A stretch of DNA of 64,000 nt from Oikopleura dioica. Taxonomy: Eukaryota > Animalia > Chordata. The stretch's first letter is position 1. The number at the start of each line of letters is the position of its first letter. Position numbers and translations under genes: made by a program. The stretch spans positions 15,139,208 through 15,203,207 of the forward strand of contig OU015568.1 of the NCBI GenBank assembly GCA_907165135.1. Reading direction: 5' to 3'. The notes under the pieces are model-generated. The model had not been told where the DNA came from and made no database searches. It saw nothing but the letters and a program-made list of their open reading frames with translations. Positions 40,375 through 54,131 of the stretch are shown one piece after another.

Positions 40375-41824
40375 GATTGTCGGTTAAAATCAACATCTTA
40401 GGTCTAAAATTGTCGGTAAAATAAAAACAACGAAAATCTTCCGCTCAATTTTCACAGTTTTATCGATAATCTTGGCCCTAAAAAGTCGATGTCTAATCAA
40501 AAATCTTGGTAAAAGCAAATTATCATACCTAGAGCTTAGTTTCCTTCAGAAATATCTCTTTCCAAAAACTTAAAAAAGGAAAGCTAGAAATGCATCTTTT
40601 GTACGGTTGATTGCACAAAAATCCGCGGCCACTAATCATCCAAATGTAGAGTCGATGTGCCTCCTGGCCACATGGCTCTCTCGATAAGGGCCAAAAAAGG
40701 TGCATGGTGAGTTGAAAATGTCAAAATTTTCGTTGGCGAGTTTCCAGCCCTCCCCCTCCGGAATCGAGTTTTATAAAGAAAAATAAAATACCTTTCTTTT
40801 TTGGCAACGATTTCTTTATTTTTCTTCTAAAAGCTCATTCTATCTCTTTTTTCAATCAATCTCTTTTTGAAAAAGAAAAAAGCGACGAAAAAAAAATGAT
40901 TTTTTTGATTATTTTTCAGTCCGATCTCGATCGGGTTTAGGGCTGGCCCCCCACCGCTGGACACTGCTCGTCCTCAAAAAAAAAATACGCTGTCCGCTCG
41001 TTGGCGCCACGCGGGATATTTTTTTTCTGCTTTTGATTTTTTGATGAAAATCAGTCCCCATCTTTTCAAGCAATAAAGTTTTAGGGATTATCGCTCCTGG
41101 AGAGTTTGCTTGATCAAAATGACCTTACACGGGTGGGGAAAGGCAGGTCTGTTTGAAGTCAGATTGTCGTTCTGAGAGTTGGTATTTACAGAACTCTGAA
41201 AAGAGAGAGAGGGAATTTTTTACTACCCAAAAAGGAAAGCTCAAGACATTCAAATTTACGACGGTGGAATGATCTCGATTACGTCTGCTTCCAAAGCTGA
41301 TACCCTTATCTTACTTTGCCAACTGAGAAATAAGGGGGTCACCTTTATAAATTTAGCAGAAAAATGAAAATGATGATGTCTTCCTTTTAAATTCATGGAG
41401 CTAGAATCACAAAAGCACGAATTTCACGAATATTTGAAAAGCGTGCTTCAACTCATATTTGCCCAGCAAAGTTACTGCTATTCATTTTGCTCAATCAACT
41501 CTCAATTTTGTAAATCTACAAAAAAAATTCCCCTGGCCATCATTTTTGCTCCATCTTATTCACACCTGATTTTACGTTTTGCTCTGGGTCCAGTAAGGGA
41601 CACGGAATCGCGTTTTTCGTCATGGAAAAAATTAAAAATGTCTGAGACGAATTTTAAGGTCTCGTGAGTTACTGACCGAAGCAGCTTGGAAAATGCTCAA
41701 ACTGGAAATTTGAGCAAATAGACTTGGAACTTTGGCAAATAGTGAAGATTGCCATTCCGGCAGGAATACAGTCCTATCGACTTTCGCGGTCGATTTCTGA
41801 TAAATCATCTGTATTTCTGTTTAA

Positions 41825-42577
41825 GGATATAGCCGTTCTCAAGGCACTTTCGTAGCGCCGAAATGGGGCGATAAAAGTTTTTCATTTAAAGACAGCTCCT
41901 ACCTAAAATTATGTCTAGAATTCGATTCCGATGTTTTTGAAATTTATTTCAAAGAAAATTTCTCTCTGGAGCGATTTGAAATCTTACGATCACTTTTTCT
42001 CGAAATTTTTCAATTAAATCGCTAAAACTAAACCGTGTTTTATTGTAAATAACTGCTAATCTATCTTCCTAGGGCCTCAAAATTTCAAAACCCGAGCAAA
42101 TTTTGATTCTAGCGTCTTCTTCTTTTTTGCTTTTCTTTTTCATAAATGCTGCGTTCAGGGCGCTCGACCAATCAGCGCGCTCTTTCACATGCGCGCCTCA
42201 CCGCGCGATGGAGGAGGGCGCCCAGCGCAGCAAACCAGAGCGCTGTCTGACGCTTGGGCTCACTCAAGTAAGCCTCATAAAAATGGCTCTAGAATCATAA
42301 ATATTTGGAATCTACTAAAACTTAGGCCCTAGGAATGTAGAGAAAGGTCCAAATTTTTAATTTATCAAAAAAACTCGACCGATTTAATGGAAAATTCTCG
42401 AGAAAAAGTGATCGTAAGATTTAAAATTGCTCTAAAGAAAAATTCTTCCATTAAAAAATTAAAAAAAACACTAGAATCGGGTTTCTTAGGCAATTTTAGG
42501 TAGGGCTCTTTTTGAAATGAAAAAATTTTATCGTCCCCTTTTGGCGGTACGAAAGTGCCTTGAGAACGGCTATATCC
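41825..42577. mobile_element. TTAA-flanked Kolobok-like MITE with long diverged inverted arms
   Basis: TTAA|GGATATAGCCGTTCTCAAGGCACTTTCGTA ... TACGAAAGTGCCTTGAGAACGGCTATATCC|TTAA. Confidence 0.88.
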
Positions 42578-43987
42578 TTAACAGTTCTCAAGAGGGGGTC
42601 TCCTTAAGCGGTTTCTTGAAGCTTTGACGGGTTCAAATTCATAAAAAAGGACGGAAAGTTTTAATACCTGTTTTTGACCTTTTCGCAGCTAATTTTTTAT
42701 TTGCTTGTAAATATTTTCTCTTTTTTGTTTCACGAATTTTTCGAAATGAAATAATAATTTCGCGGGCCCGCGGCGCTCATCGTCCTATTCATCAAGTTTG
42801 TTAGTAACAAGAAGTTCCATTATTACGCCACTTCCACTATTCATCATTGAATTCAGCAAGTACAGTCACGTGAGCTTTCTTTATTAGGCAAATATTGACT
42901 GTTTCTAGGAGTACATCCGATTCCTTTCACGATCAAAGGGAACATGAATTTGAACTTTGAAATTTGCTTTTTGAAAGTTCGGAACCCGCGGAAAGATGAA
43001 AGAAATAACGGGGCATTTATCATAATTGTTCAAATAAAAAGCCAGGAGCAGGTGGTGCTGATTTTTATCGCGAAAAAGGGGGATCATCAATGATATGAAA
43101 AACGGGTTTATGATCCCCTGGGATAGGAATAAATCCCCGCTTTCGCACCTGAAACTACCGATTGCCCTCAAATAATTTTGTTCACAAAAAAACGGGGCGA
43201 AAAGGGGGCTAAAATGAGGGAGAAAAATTTTTGAAGAAACTCATTTTATTTTCTGTATTTATTTTACCTGTTTTTTTTTCTGTAGTCTTCTTTTGCTTGT
43301 AACTCTCTTTGGTTTCAGTACTGTCTCTCTCTGTCAAATTTGTTTCTCGCTAATTGCGCTAATGAAATTTTCTTCTTGAGCCTCAATTCATTGATATTAT
43401 TTCATCTGGATAAGGCGCGGAATGAAAAACAACTGCGCTGGAGCGCTCTTCAGCTCAGCACTTGAATTGAAAATGTCCCAAAAATGTCAGCGGTAACTTT
43501 TTACTTCTGTTTCTCTTTTTTCCTCAACGATCCGACGATCCGGCTTTTTGCACGTTTATCGCGTTTTCCGCCAATATTTAGGAAATTTATAAACAGCGAA
43601 GAAAAAAGCGCCGCCAGGATGATCGCTTGTTGAATTGAATTGAATTGAGCCCAACTTGGTCGACACTGATGGCGGTAACAGGTAGCCGGGGCGCCAAGTG
43701 ATAAGAATGCCTTTGATAACGTGAGAGAATTGAGTCGAAAGAATGCTTTTTTATGAGATCAGGCAATAAGTATGCAATTGATTTGAAAAATCACGGAGAT
43801 GGAGAATTGAATCAAAAGCTATCAAGATTTCTCGGTGACATTTTTACTTGACAGCCTGAGTATCCTACCGTACTACTCATTATTTGAATCAGCATTCAGG
43901 AATCTTTAGTCGACTAAGAAAGATATTTTGGATAGACTAGGAATTTTCCTCGAAGGTTTTCATTGTCAAAGTTTCTTTCGCATCCTC

Positions 43988-44175
43988 AGGTTAGGGTTAG
44001 GGTTAAGTTTAGAGACCCTTATTAGGGTCGTAGAAAAAACTTGTTCGGGCGTTTTTTCTATTAAAATTTTCCTCTTTTGGAATGAATGTTTCGATTAAAA
44101 AAAAAAACAGAAAAAAATCTTAAATAAATGATAACCCTAACCCAAACCTGGTAGGCTAACCCTAACTGTTAGGGT
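43988..44175. repeat. Inverted telomere-like tracts (TTAGGG...CCCTAA)
   Basis: GGTTAGGGTTAGGGTTAAG on the left, AACCCTAACCC and CTAACCCTAA on the right. Confidence 0.6.
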
Positions 44176-45854
44176 CTAACATCATTTGTTATGAGAATTT
44201 CTTTTAATTTTCGTATAGAACGATTTTCAATTATTTGCTGTAGGAAATGCCTGCCCTCAAGAGGTGGTGAGACAAAGCTCCTGTCTAGCATAACAAAAAA
44301 AATTATCGAATGACTGTACTTGCGCGTGAGCAATACGTGAGTTTATTTAACATTTATTCAATAAACGCGTTATCCGATTAGCAGTTGTCGAATCACTGCT
44401 TTCTAGGAAGAGGAGAGCTTAAACGCGATTGAGATAGCGAAGCATGTTCTTCACGGTCGCGTCATTCTTCTCAGCTGGACGGAATGCGTTTTCGTAGCCG
44501 CTGTAGATATCTTCCAAATCGTTTAGGCTATCCTGAACGGGAATAGCGGCTTTTTATTTTGCTTTTTGAAAAGGGATCATCGCAAATAAAGCCGATCCGG
44601 ATTCAATGAATAGGATCAGGTCGACGATATCAACTGATGTTAGGAGATAGTCTATGTTTAGACTCTACAGCAGAGTCTACAGGGAAGACTTGAGACTGTA
44701 GCTATATAAAAATAAGAATAATTTTCACGGGATGATAATATGAAAGCCAATAAGAAGAAGGAGACTTTTGACAGTTAATTTTGAATAGAAAATTTATTCA
44801 TGTTACTCTATTAATAAAAGACTATTATGGCAAAATTAAAAATAAGCGTATAAAGCCCTAGAAAAGTCCTCAAAAAGATGCTACAGACAGATTTTCAATA
44901 CCATAATAGTCAAAAACTATTTTATTTATATAATTTTTTTGAATGCTTTTGTTTCTGATTTAGGACAAAAAACATTTCTCAGGCTAACATATAAGAATCT
45001 TCGTGACAACAATTTAAATTGGAAATTTCATCAGATAGTTTGGTCGAAAAAATGACTTTGAATGCTTACATGGAAAGTTTTGAGTCTGTACTGCAAGTCT
45101 TCGCATTTCTTCGGATCTGAGCACTTTATTTTCGTCCAGTCAATACAACTCACAACCATCCCTAAATCTCAATTCAATCAACCCCTCTTCTAAGAAACAA
45201 ATTACAATTAATAACAAACGTCAGCTTCATTCGTCTTTTTTTATCGAAAAAAAATGAGAAAATCAAAATTTGCGCGTTGGAATTGTGAAAAAAGGAGCCA
45301 GCGCTTTCCTTTTATCCCGACATCGATTTTGGTGGTGCTCTTTGCAATCGGATTGCTTCCAGATTTGGCAGATTGCTCAAAGTCAGGGAAAATCATTTCT
45401 CAGTGCTGTATTACTGTCATCAAACGAGCAAATGCATGAGATATCTCATGACTCGGCGATTTCGTAGTTCAAAGCTCATTTCGCTATTATCCGCATCAAA
45501 CAACTGGATATGAAACCATTGATTAGAACGCAAGCGTCTATCGAAAATGGAAATCAACAAATATTAGAAGGATTAAGCATTGTTTAGCGACCTTCTGAGA
45601 CGACCGCAACCCGGCGGTCGGTAACGCCGTCGGCTTTTTGAACCGGACTCTGAAGCGGCTCCGTTCAACCGAGTGATTTAACTCAATCTCGGGAGAAAAA
45701 ACACCGTGAAATCGAGCTCCGGAATCATCACTACTTACCCAACTAGAGCGAATCGTTGTTTATTCCGTTCTGCGTTTTTTAGAAGTGAATGTTTTTTATT
45801 TCCTGAAATTTCACGATTTCATGACCCATAATTTTCGTTTCAAACATTAATTCA

Positions 45855-46442
45855 TAAGTGTAAAGCTAGGGGTTTCTTCCATGTCTTCATTGAAATTTCA
45901 GTCAGTTATGAATCTGTCTTCATATGAGGAAGAACTAATCTCGGGTTGTTTTCATAGTAGTAGTCCTTCATTTCTTCTACAGTAACATGCGTTGTATCAG
46001 CATACTGGATCTTTTTAGAGCTATTATTTCTCCACTAAAAACTTGACTGAACTAAAACTAACTGTATTTGTACGTATGGTCACCGAAAAACTTGAAAGTT
46101 GAGTTTCAATCGTTGAATTTTTAATGCTTTTCGGGTCGCGCTGGTGCAAATTTATTAATAACTCTTAGCTGTTTTATCATTCGCAGCTTTTTCTTCTTAG
46201 AAGTAGTCGGGTTTTGGAAGCGCTCATTCATAGAAAGCGCGGTCTAAAATATAATAATGATAATATAAAAAAGGGATTACCTTCTTATCAATGGATAAGA
46301 GTCCATAAAGCGTATCTATTTTATAAGAAAGCGGCGATCGCGAAAAGCTGCGTTTCTGAGCTCTGAGCATTTTTCGAATGTGTCCATCGCGATAATTTCT
46401 CTTGCCTGAGGCGAGTGCTAGAAAAATGAGCAGAAATCGCAT
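45855..46442 (-). CDS. Small secreted basic protein, multi-exon; 3' end approximate
   Basis: Signal peptide MRFLLIFLALASG; GT-AG intron after IDKK. Confidence 0.45.
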
Positions 46443-46684
46443 TGAAAGAGGATTTCCGAGAAAGAGAGATTAGGTTTCCATTCAATTTATACAATGTTTC
46501 TATCCAGCGCGTTTTTGTTAGTAAATATTTTTAGGATTTTATTCGATTTTGAACTTTGAGGTTTTGAAACTCCAGGAAATATATAAAAAAAAGATAACAG
46601 AAGTAGAAAATAATAATTAGAAGTTTTTCACCAATCTTTATGTACAATACCGGTCTGGTGTCAAAGATACAGTAAGAATCGTGG

Positions 46685-47642
46685 TCAAACAGGCGTACCA
46701 GGCGTATCCGAAGTGCTAGAGTACTCGGGAACCTTGTTGATACTCAACGAACTGTAACTAGGAGGTAGCATGACTGTGCAGTATTTCGGCGGATCATCGG
46801 AAACGCCAGGGACTTGACACTCTGATTCAGCCGAAGCAGCTCGCTGGGCTTCCTGGTGCCGTCTGAGTAACCAGTAAAGAGCACGTTCTTCTGCTGGAAT
46901 TGGCGATGGAGGCGGATGTGTTTGAATTTGAAATCCTAAAGTTGCTTTACGAGCTGTCTACAAGTAAATTCTGAATCGAGTTTTTCTTTGAATAGTCAAA
47001 GTTTACGACGAAGTTAAAACATATCCAGGTCGTTCATTACGTAATCTATCCAAAGTTTACCAAGTTTTGCGAAGAAAAGGTTGGAGCTGAAAGCCAGGAC
47101 TGAAACAATAAATAACTGTACAAAGCTCGTCTGCTCATCCGGTGTCATGTTAACCCTCTGTCCAGCAGATTTATCTCCGATGAGCACGATAAAGCCATGA
47201 AGCAAATTGAGTGAGGCTATTCTGAGTTGGTGGATTCAAATCTTGTCGCTTTATTAAAGATTAGAATATCTTTCTATCCTTCTGAATTGAACCCGTCCGT
47301 AGTAATGACGATAGAAATGAAGGTCTTGGACTTGATTTTCTGCGCCGGATTAACAAAATACAGCAGCCAATAAGTCGATAAGCAGAAGGACAGAAGCAGG
47401 ACCATAATGAGACACTTCAAATACAGCTCGCGAAAATTAAGATTGATTTGTTCCTCAGTATAAGCAACAGTTATCTCTTCGCCAAGTTTAGAGCCGTTGT
47501 TGTACGAGCCAAGAAGCACTATCGATTTGTAACTGCCAAAACTGGCGACTAATGCAAGCCAAAATGCATTCAGAAAAATCTAGAGGGAGTTTGTTAGCTT
47601 TATTGACCGGCGAGGAAATACCATTTTTTGAAGCTCGCTCAT
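46685..47642 (-). CDS. Multi-pass membrane protein with C-terminal PY motifs (PPKY, PPSY); LAPTM-like layout
   Basis: About four hydrophobic segments across exons; PY motifs in the tail. Confidence 0.5.
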
Positions 47643-47699
47643 TCTTTTCGAGGTTGTCCCGGTTCTTTTTGAATTTATTTTTCTCGTGTCCTTATTTAA

Positions 47700-48486
47700 G
47701 GATATAGCCTTGAATATTGAACTTTCGTAGCGCCGAATCCCTGTTACGAATTTTATTCATTTTTCAAAGAAACCCTACCTAAAATACAGCGTAGATTTCG
47801 AAAATTCCTTTATTTTTAGTACTTTCTATAGTGTTTTTACCTAAAAATCGACTTCAAAATAAAACAGACCATTGTTCTCTAAAAATTCCCATTAAAAAGG
47901 TAAATCTGGATTGATGATATGAAAGATTGAAGCCTTCTCTCCAATCTAGCGGAGGATTTTGTAAAAATATTAAAAATTACGGCTTCTAGTAACTGGTTTA
48001 TGATTGTACTTCGAAATGGAGAGTGGCGCGCGCAGCCAATTAAAGCGAGGGGAAAATCTCACTCAGCCCATCGCTCATCCTATTTTACACGAGAAATTTT
48101 GTCGACAGCTTGGAGGAAATCTAACTAGGATTCTCCCCTCGCTCTAATTGGCTGCACGCGCCACTCTCCATTTCGAAGTACAATCATAAACCAGTTACTA
48201 GAAGCCGTAATTTTTAATATTTTTACAAAATCCTCCGCTAGATTGGAGAGAAGGCTTCAATCTTTCATATCATCAATCCAGATTTACCTTTTTAATGGGA
48301 ATTTTTAGAGAACAATGGTCTGTTTTATTTTGAAGTCGATTTTTAGGTAAAAACACTATAGAAAGTACTAAAAATAAAGGAATTTTCGAAATCTACGCTG
48401 TATTTTAGGTAGGGTTTCTTTGAAAAATGAATAAATTCGTAACAGGGATTCGGCGCTACGAAAGTTCAATATTCAAGGCTATATCC
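47700..48486. mobile_element. TTAA-flanked Kolobok-like foldback MITE with near-perfect arms of about 350 bp
   Basis: TTAA|GGATATAGCC ... GGCTATATCC|TTAA; same terminus as 41825-42577. Confidence 0.92.
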
Positions 48487-48886
48487 TTAAAAAAATAATT
48501 ATCTGTTAACGTTTTTTGACAGGGCAACCCGTGACTGAGTTCACTATCTCGATACACAAGGCCTCTTGAGTCATTCATCTTGTTTTCAGAGTTTTTTTAT
48601 TATGGTCTATTTTCCCCGCTTCTTCGCTTATTCTCTCTCGCTAGGGGATCATAAAAACATCATTTTGATTATATTGCGCGTTCAATTCTCTCGATTTCTG
48701 TACTCAGGAGAAATGATGACCTTTTTTCTATTAGACAGTTAAACAGTAGATTGGTAGACCCCGCCCCAACCTTAAATTTGACTTTTCACTTTTCCCCACA
48801 AATAATAAATTAGGGAAGGTAGACAATGTTTATTGATACAGGAGCTTCAGTCAGTAGAAAAATGGAAAACTTTCAAAACGAGGCGA

Positions 48887-51800
48887 TCAGCAATTTCGAA
48901 CTTTGCAGGAAGACTTTCGTCTGGGAGGCTTGCCATTCTCCAATTTACAGTAGCCTTTGACTGGGCAGCGTTTGGTCAGGGTTACTACGCCCCGGCCGCA
49001 CGACTTTGAGCATTTCGTCAGAGGGACCCACTTGTCACTCCATTCGCATGGGATTTTGCACTTTAGAAAGGTGAGTTAGCGTCTGATCATACAGAAGACC
49101 ACTTACAGAGATAGCATCTTCTCCTTTTGTCCTTAGACCTGGTCCACAACCAGCTTTAGATTCGTTTGGAATACAGTCGGACCATTCTAATGAGCTTCCT
49201 TTGTGCTCAGAATCACTGGTTGATGGGCTAAAAATTGTTTTATTATCGAAAAAAATGTTTATCTTACCCAGATCTGGCACCATTAGTAGAGTCAACAACA
49301 GTGGCAACGATTCTACCAGATCCTTGGCCAAAGTTATTGTAAGTTTGCTGATCATAGGCAGGTTTGAGCTCAACATAGGTCGGTTTTTGAGTCGTGTAAA
49401 CTTGAGCGGGTCGAACATTACTGTACGAATTATTATCATACGCAGGTTGAAGGGGTTGATAAGCTGATTGGTCGGGGATTTGGACGTTTTGGACTGGATA
49501 TCCTTGTGGCTGTTGGGGAGGGACTGGCCGCATTCCTGACTGGCTTAGATATTGATTTGCTGGTTGGAACTGTTGTGGATTCTGATAGGTAGGATATGTT
49601 CTGACAGTCGTACGAGTCGTCGTTGTTGTGGTAGTGCGAGTAGTCGTGGTTGGTCGAGTGGATGGTGGCGGTGTTCTGGCGAAGTTGTTTGAATTTTGGA
49701 ATTGATTGCTTTGAAACTGATTAGTTTGGAATTGACTTGTTTGTGGTTGGATTGGCTGAAATTGATTTGTCTGAGGTTGAGCATTCTGGAAGGGAGCATT
49801 CTCAAATTTTGGAGCAGTTTGAGAAGAGTACGCTGCTTGTCTCACATTCATCTGAGGATCGACTGGCTTTGGCGGGATCGTTCTGCATGGATGTTGGCGG
49901 CAACAACCTTCCATAGAAGTATCAAGAGTCGGAAGACCCCATCGCTCCCCGGCAATCGGTACTTTCCACATGCAAAGTCGCTCAAGAACGTCTTTCGAAA
50001 GTAAGACTCCTCTGTTGATGTCATTATCCCAACAACAACCCTTTGCTGCGCAGGCCATCTTATCTTGCCCAAGCTCTTCAAAAGTCGGAGTTGTATCAGC
50101 GCTGTACGGAGCCAGACATGATTGCATATCGCTGTGGTCCGTTTCGTCGTGAGCGGGACATTGCTGACTCTGAATGCTTCCAAACTGACTGTACATGGAT
50201 GAAATAGAAGGAGCTCTGTAAGAGCTACCAGTAAATTGGCTGCCTGACCCGGTTTCCGTCAAGCTATTTGGAGTGGATTGGATTGCTTGTGGACTGTATT
50301 GGCCGTTTATTTGGTTGAATGGGCCGTATTGGGTCTGCTGCTGATTTTTCCAAGTGTTGTATGCATTTGTCTGTGGTCTCATATTTGGCATCATCATTTG
50401 CATCAACGATAGTCTGTTCACAAGACTTTGATCCTGGCTACTATCTAAAAGAGACGCATAGTCAAGTCCGCTAGTGCCAGCAGAATTAGCCATCATCTGG
50501 TTCAATCCACCAAAGCTAGGGCCAATCATCATATCCATCAAGCCCTGTCGAGAGCCGTCTTTACTCCCAGATTTCTTGTCAGAAGATTTACCTGACAATC
50601 CTGTTTTGAAAACGTTCAACATGTCAATTTTAGTGCACATCGTGCTCATACTGGGGATCATTTGAATCATCGGATTCGCGCAAAGAGTCGACAGTTTTGA
50701 CGATGTTGACCGTCTGTTTCTCGACTTTGCTGCGGATCGACGTCGACGACGGCCGGATAAATTCAAGAAATTGTTGTTTCCACCAGATGGAGGCATGCTC
50801 CAATCTGGCATCAAAAGATTTCCATTTTTGTCCCGATACTCGCCCATTCCAAGTCGCTCGAATTCGTTCTTCGGTTTTTTGAACAGTGCTTGGACTTCCA
50901 TTCCAGTAGCGCTTGATCTGCCACCGTTGACGATTTGGCCGTATCTTGATCCTCCAGGTTGTTCACTTTCTTTGCCAAATTTGAGCAGAACGGCCATGGC
51001 TGCTTGGGATACAGTCTCTCTATTGTGGAATCCAGAGCTTAGATCAACCGGCCTCAAGCAGCTATTTGTCGTTTCCGACCAGCAGCAGCCAACAAGCATG
51101 CACTGGCCTTTTGTTACACCAGTCCATCCACAAAACGGCGCAAGGGAGTAAAGAAGATCGTCCATTATTTGTGATCCCTTGAATCTAAGCGTCGTATACA
51201 TTGGCCAAATCTGCGAAAGTTGCTGCTCGAATCGAAGCGTTGCTGAAGTCAATTGCCCCTTCATCGGACACTGGTGCATTTCCATCATTAGTCTGTATCC
51301 CTGGTCCGTATCGGCGAAGTCGTTGATTTTGTTGACAATGGGTTGCATGAACCAAGGGTGTTGGAAAGTCATTGCTCCGGAGAATACTTTGTACATGGGA
51401 GTACTGATGGCTTGGTAGCAAACAGGAGTTCCTCGCATGAAAGTTTGGCCAAATGACATTCTGTAGAGTTGCAAATTATGATCAAAGCAACATCCGGGGA
51501 TGGAGAAACACTCTCCTGCTGTAAGAGGATCTTGGCCATACATGTTCGTGCATTTCTTACGATTGCAGAAAGGGATATTTACGGGACAGGATAAATAATC
51601 ATTGAGGGGTCCTGATCCACTGAGTAAACTCATTCTGCTGTCGAACATATCCATTCCGCCGTTGAAACCAGTGAGAAAGGCGGACCGAGCTTCGAGAGAA
51701 ACAGCGTCGTTGTCTTGTTTCTCGAAGTTTGGCAAGGCATCTGAAAGTGTATTTCTGACAAAACTCTGCTCCTCGAACGATTTTGGCTTCTTCGCATCTC

Positions 51801-52151
51801 CTGCCACTGCTTGAAAATCTGGTGAGTCGACGATCATTTGGGCGACGTTTCCTGCGTTTTGGCTTTTTCCTATGCATTTGACCCCATTCCAACAACAGAG
51901 TTTCGCCATATTGCACGAGTTTTTTGAATTGTTATCAGAACAGAGTTTGTCAAAATCGCTTCCAACTGAGTTTGAGCATGTAGTTCCCGCGAGTCGACTT
52001 TCTCTCAGCTGTAAAAGCCAGTCTCTGTTCTGTTGAATTCCTTGGTCATTGTCGAAAAACTGAAAAGACCGTTCTCTTCCATGATTTCATTGATGAAAAA
52101 TACCTGTGCCCTAACTGTGGTGCCATAGAATACAGGCGCAAAGAGACGCAT
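48887..52151 (-). CDS. Large secreted protein with several trefoil (P-type)-like domains, polybasic cleavage site, Gln/Thr-rich linker and C-terminal TSP1-like repeats
   Basis: 881-aa ORF; CGWTGVTKGQCMLVGCCW, CAAKGCCWD, CFSIPGCCFD; RRRRR; CSKSCGRG; short leader exon MRLFAPVFYGTTVRAQ. Confidence 0.8.
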
Positions 52152-52715
52152 AATTCCGATCTCTTTCGCTTTGAAGCGGCTACTCTAAACTGGCCAGGAT
52201 TGCTCAACCCTTCAAACGAGGCTTCATCGAAATTTACTCTAATTAGCCCAATCATTGTTGAGCCGATGTTCTAATTCCACTTAAAGTCAATTGCCATCCA
52301 CGTGGTGTTATACAGTCGTGAGATAACTTTTTCTGCTGAATTTATTTATGTTACTTCTATCTCAGCAAGAATTTGAAGGCGTTTCCGGAACATGGCGTTC
52401 ATTTTCTTCGTCAATTCTCATAACTACGCCTGCTGATAGATTATCTTTCTAGAAATACCTTACAGTGAGTCATACTTATTCAACGACCCCTAAAATATGA
52501 GCATTGATCGGTGCATTTTTCGGTTACCTTTTTCGCTGACGAATCAGAAAGACTTGTTGATATCAGATCACTCCGAAAATCAAATTCGACTCAAATGAAT
52601 TCTTCTTTTTTTAGAGAAAACAAAAATTTACGAAGAGCTTGTTTTACCATTTTATTTTCATATAATCTGTCTTTGCGTTATTTACTGTTTATCAATCAAT
52701 TTAGAAAAATTTACA

Positions 52716-53934
52716 ATGGGCTTCGATGCAAGAATCGACGAGTCCAGAGACAAGATTGGCGAAAAGCTTAAGCGCAGAATCACTTGTCCAGTTTGTACCT
52801 TTATTTTGGAGGTAAATTCGTGAATTTTTCGTATTTTTATAAAGACCCTTTAGGATCCTGTTTCCCTGTTTTGCTGCGGTGGCCACGTATGTTCCGAATG
52901 CTACGAAGATGTTTCAACCTGTCCGCGTTGCCGAAAAGCAAACTTTAAAGCGATAAAGGGGCGACTGATGATGGACGTATTAAGCACTATCAAGCTCATT
53001 TGTCCGAATTCCGCCTGCCGAACTTCTCTCCTATACGACAATTTCCAGGAGCACAAGAAGAATTGTTTCGCACTCCGTGACGAGAGATGCCCGGAATGCG
53101 ATCGGGCTATTTCGATGAGCAAGTTCCACCTGCATTTCAAGTGTTTTCAGAAAATGGCAGAGGACAAAAAAGCTCTGGTGACTCAACTCGCCCAAGCGGA
53201 GGAACGAATCACAATGTTGACAACGGAACTAGAAGAGCAAGCACCATCTTCTGGAACTCGGTCAAAGAAGAGAAAGACGAAGGAAGTGGAGAGAACGATA
53301 GAAAAACGACGAAAAGAAAGAGCTGAGGATGATGAGAGACAACTTGAATTGGAGAAGATGAGAAAAGAATTGAAGACTGTTGGCGGGGCTGGGCATTTTT
53401 ATCGGAACGACAAATGGGTCGGTGAAGGCGGAGAAAGAAATTCTATGAAAGAAGAAGAAACACGAAACATACTGAAGTTACTTTCCTTGGGCGAAACAAA
53501 GTTCAACGTGAAGGAACGGGAGTTCATATTGAAAAGGCAAAGAGATAATTTCGAAAACTCTCCACGAAGTTTTCGGGTGGTAATAGGATTGAGGTTACCG
53601 AAAATGGGTGGAGCATCAAATACAGGGGTGGTCGAATGTATTATGGAGGAGATGGTTGGCATTATTTATGGATAGGGAGAACAGGTAACTAACTTTTAAA
53701 ATAGGATTATTGAAAAAAATATTTTTTTAATAATTTATTAAATTAAAAAAATTAATTTAAGATGGACGAGTGCCTTTCAAAGCGGTATTGGATGAAGTTC
53801 ACGAAAGCACTGGAGCCGTGAGGAACAGAGCAGTGATCACAAGTGAGTTCGATGGAGAGAAAGAAATAATCAAATACAAAACAAACAACAAAGCTGCCGG
53901 GTGTTCTGTAAGATACAACATCACCTTACTGTAA
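52716..53934 (+). CDS. RING finger + TRAF/SINA-type zinc finger + coiled-coil protein
   Basis: CPVC..ILE|DPV..CCGGHVCSEC...CPRCR; CPNSAC...H.KNC...CPEC..H.KC. Confidence 0.8.
53514..53569 (+). other. Probable GA-AG intron with terminal stem (an in-frame GT lies 6 nt upstream)
   Basis: An intron is needed to reach the frame of the final exon; GGGAGTT / AACTCTC stem. Confidence 0.5.
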
Positions 53935-54131
53935 ATATACAGGTACTAGTTTTGCACACACTCTTTAGAATTCTCTGCCTATGTTCTTTGCCATAAGGCC
54001 CACTGATTAATAAATTATTTTTTGAAAGTTCATTAAAACACAACTATCAAATATCATACGAAACTCGTGTTTCTTGTTTCGGTGATGACATACTTTATTA
54101 AATATCCGTTAGAAAATAAACAGTTAATACA

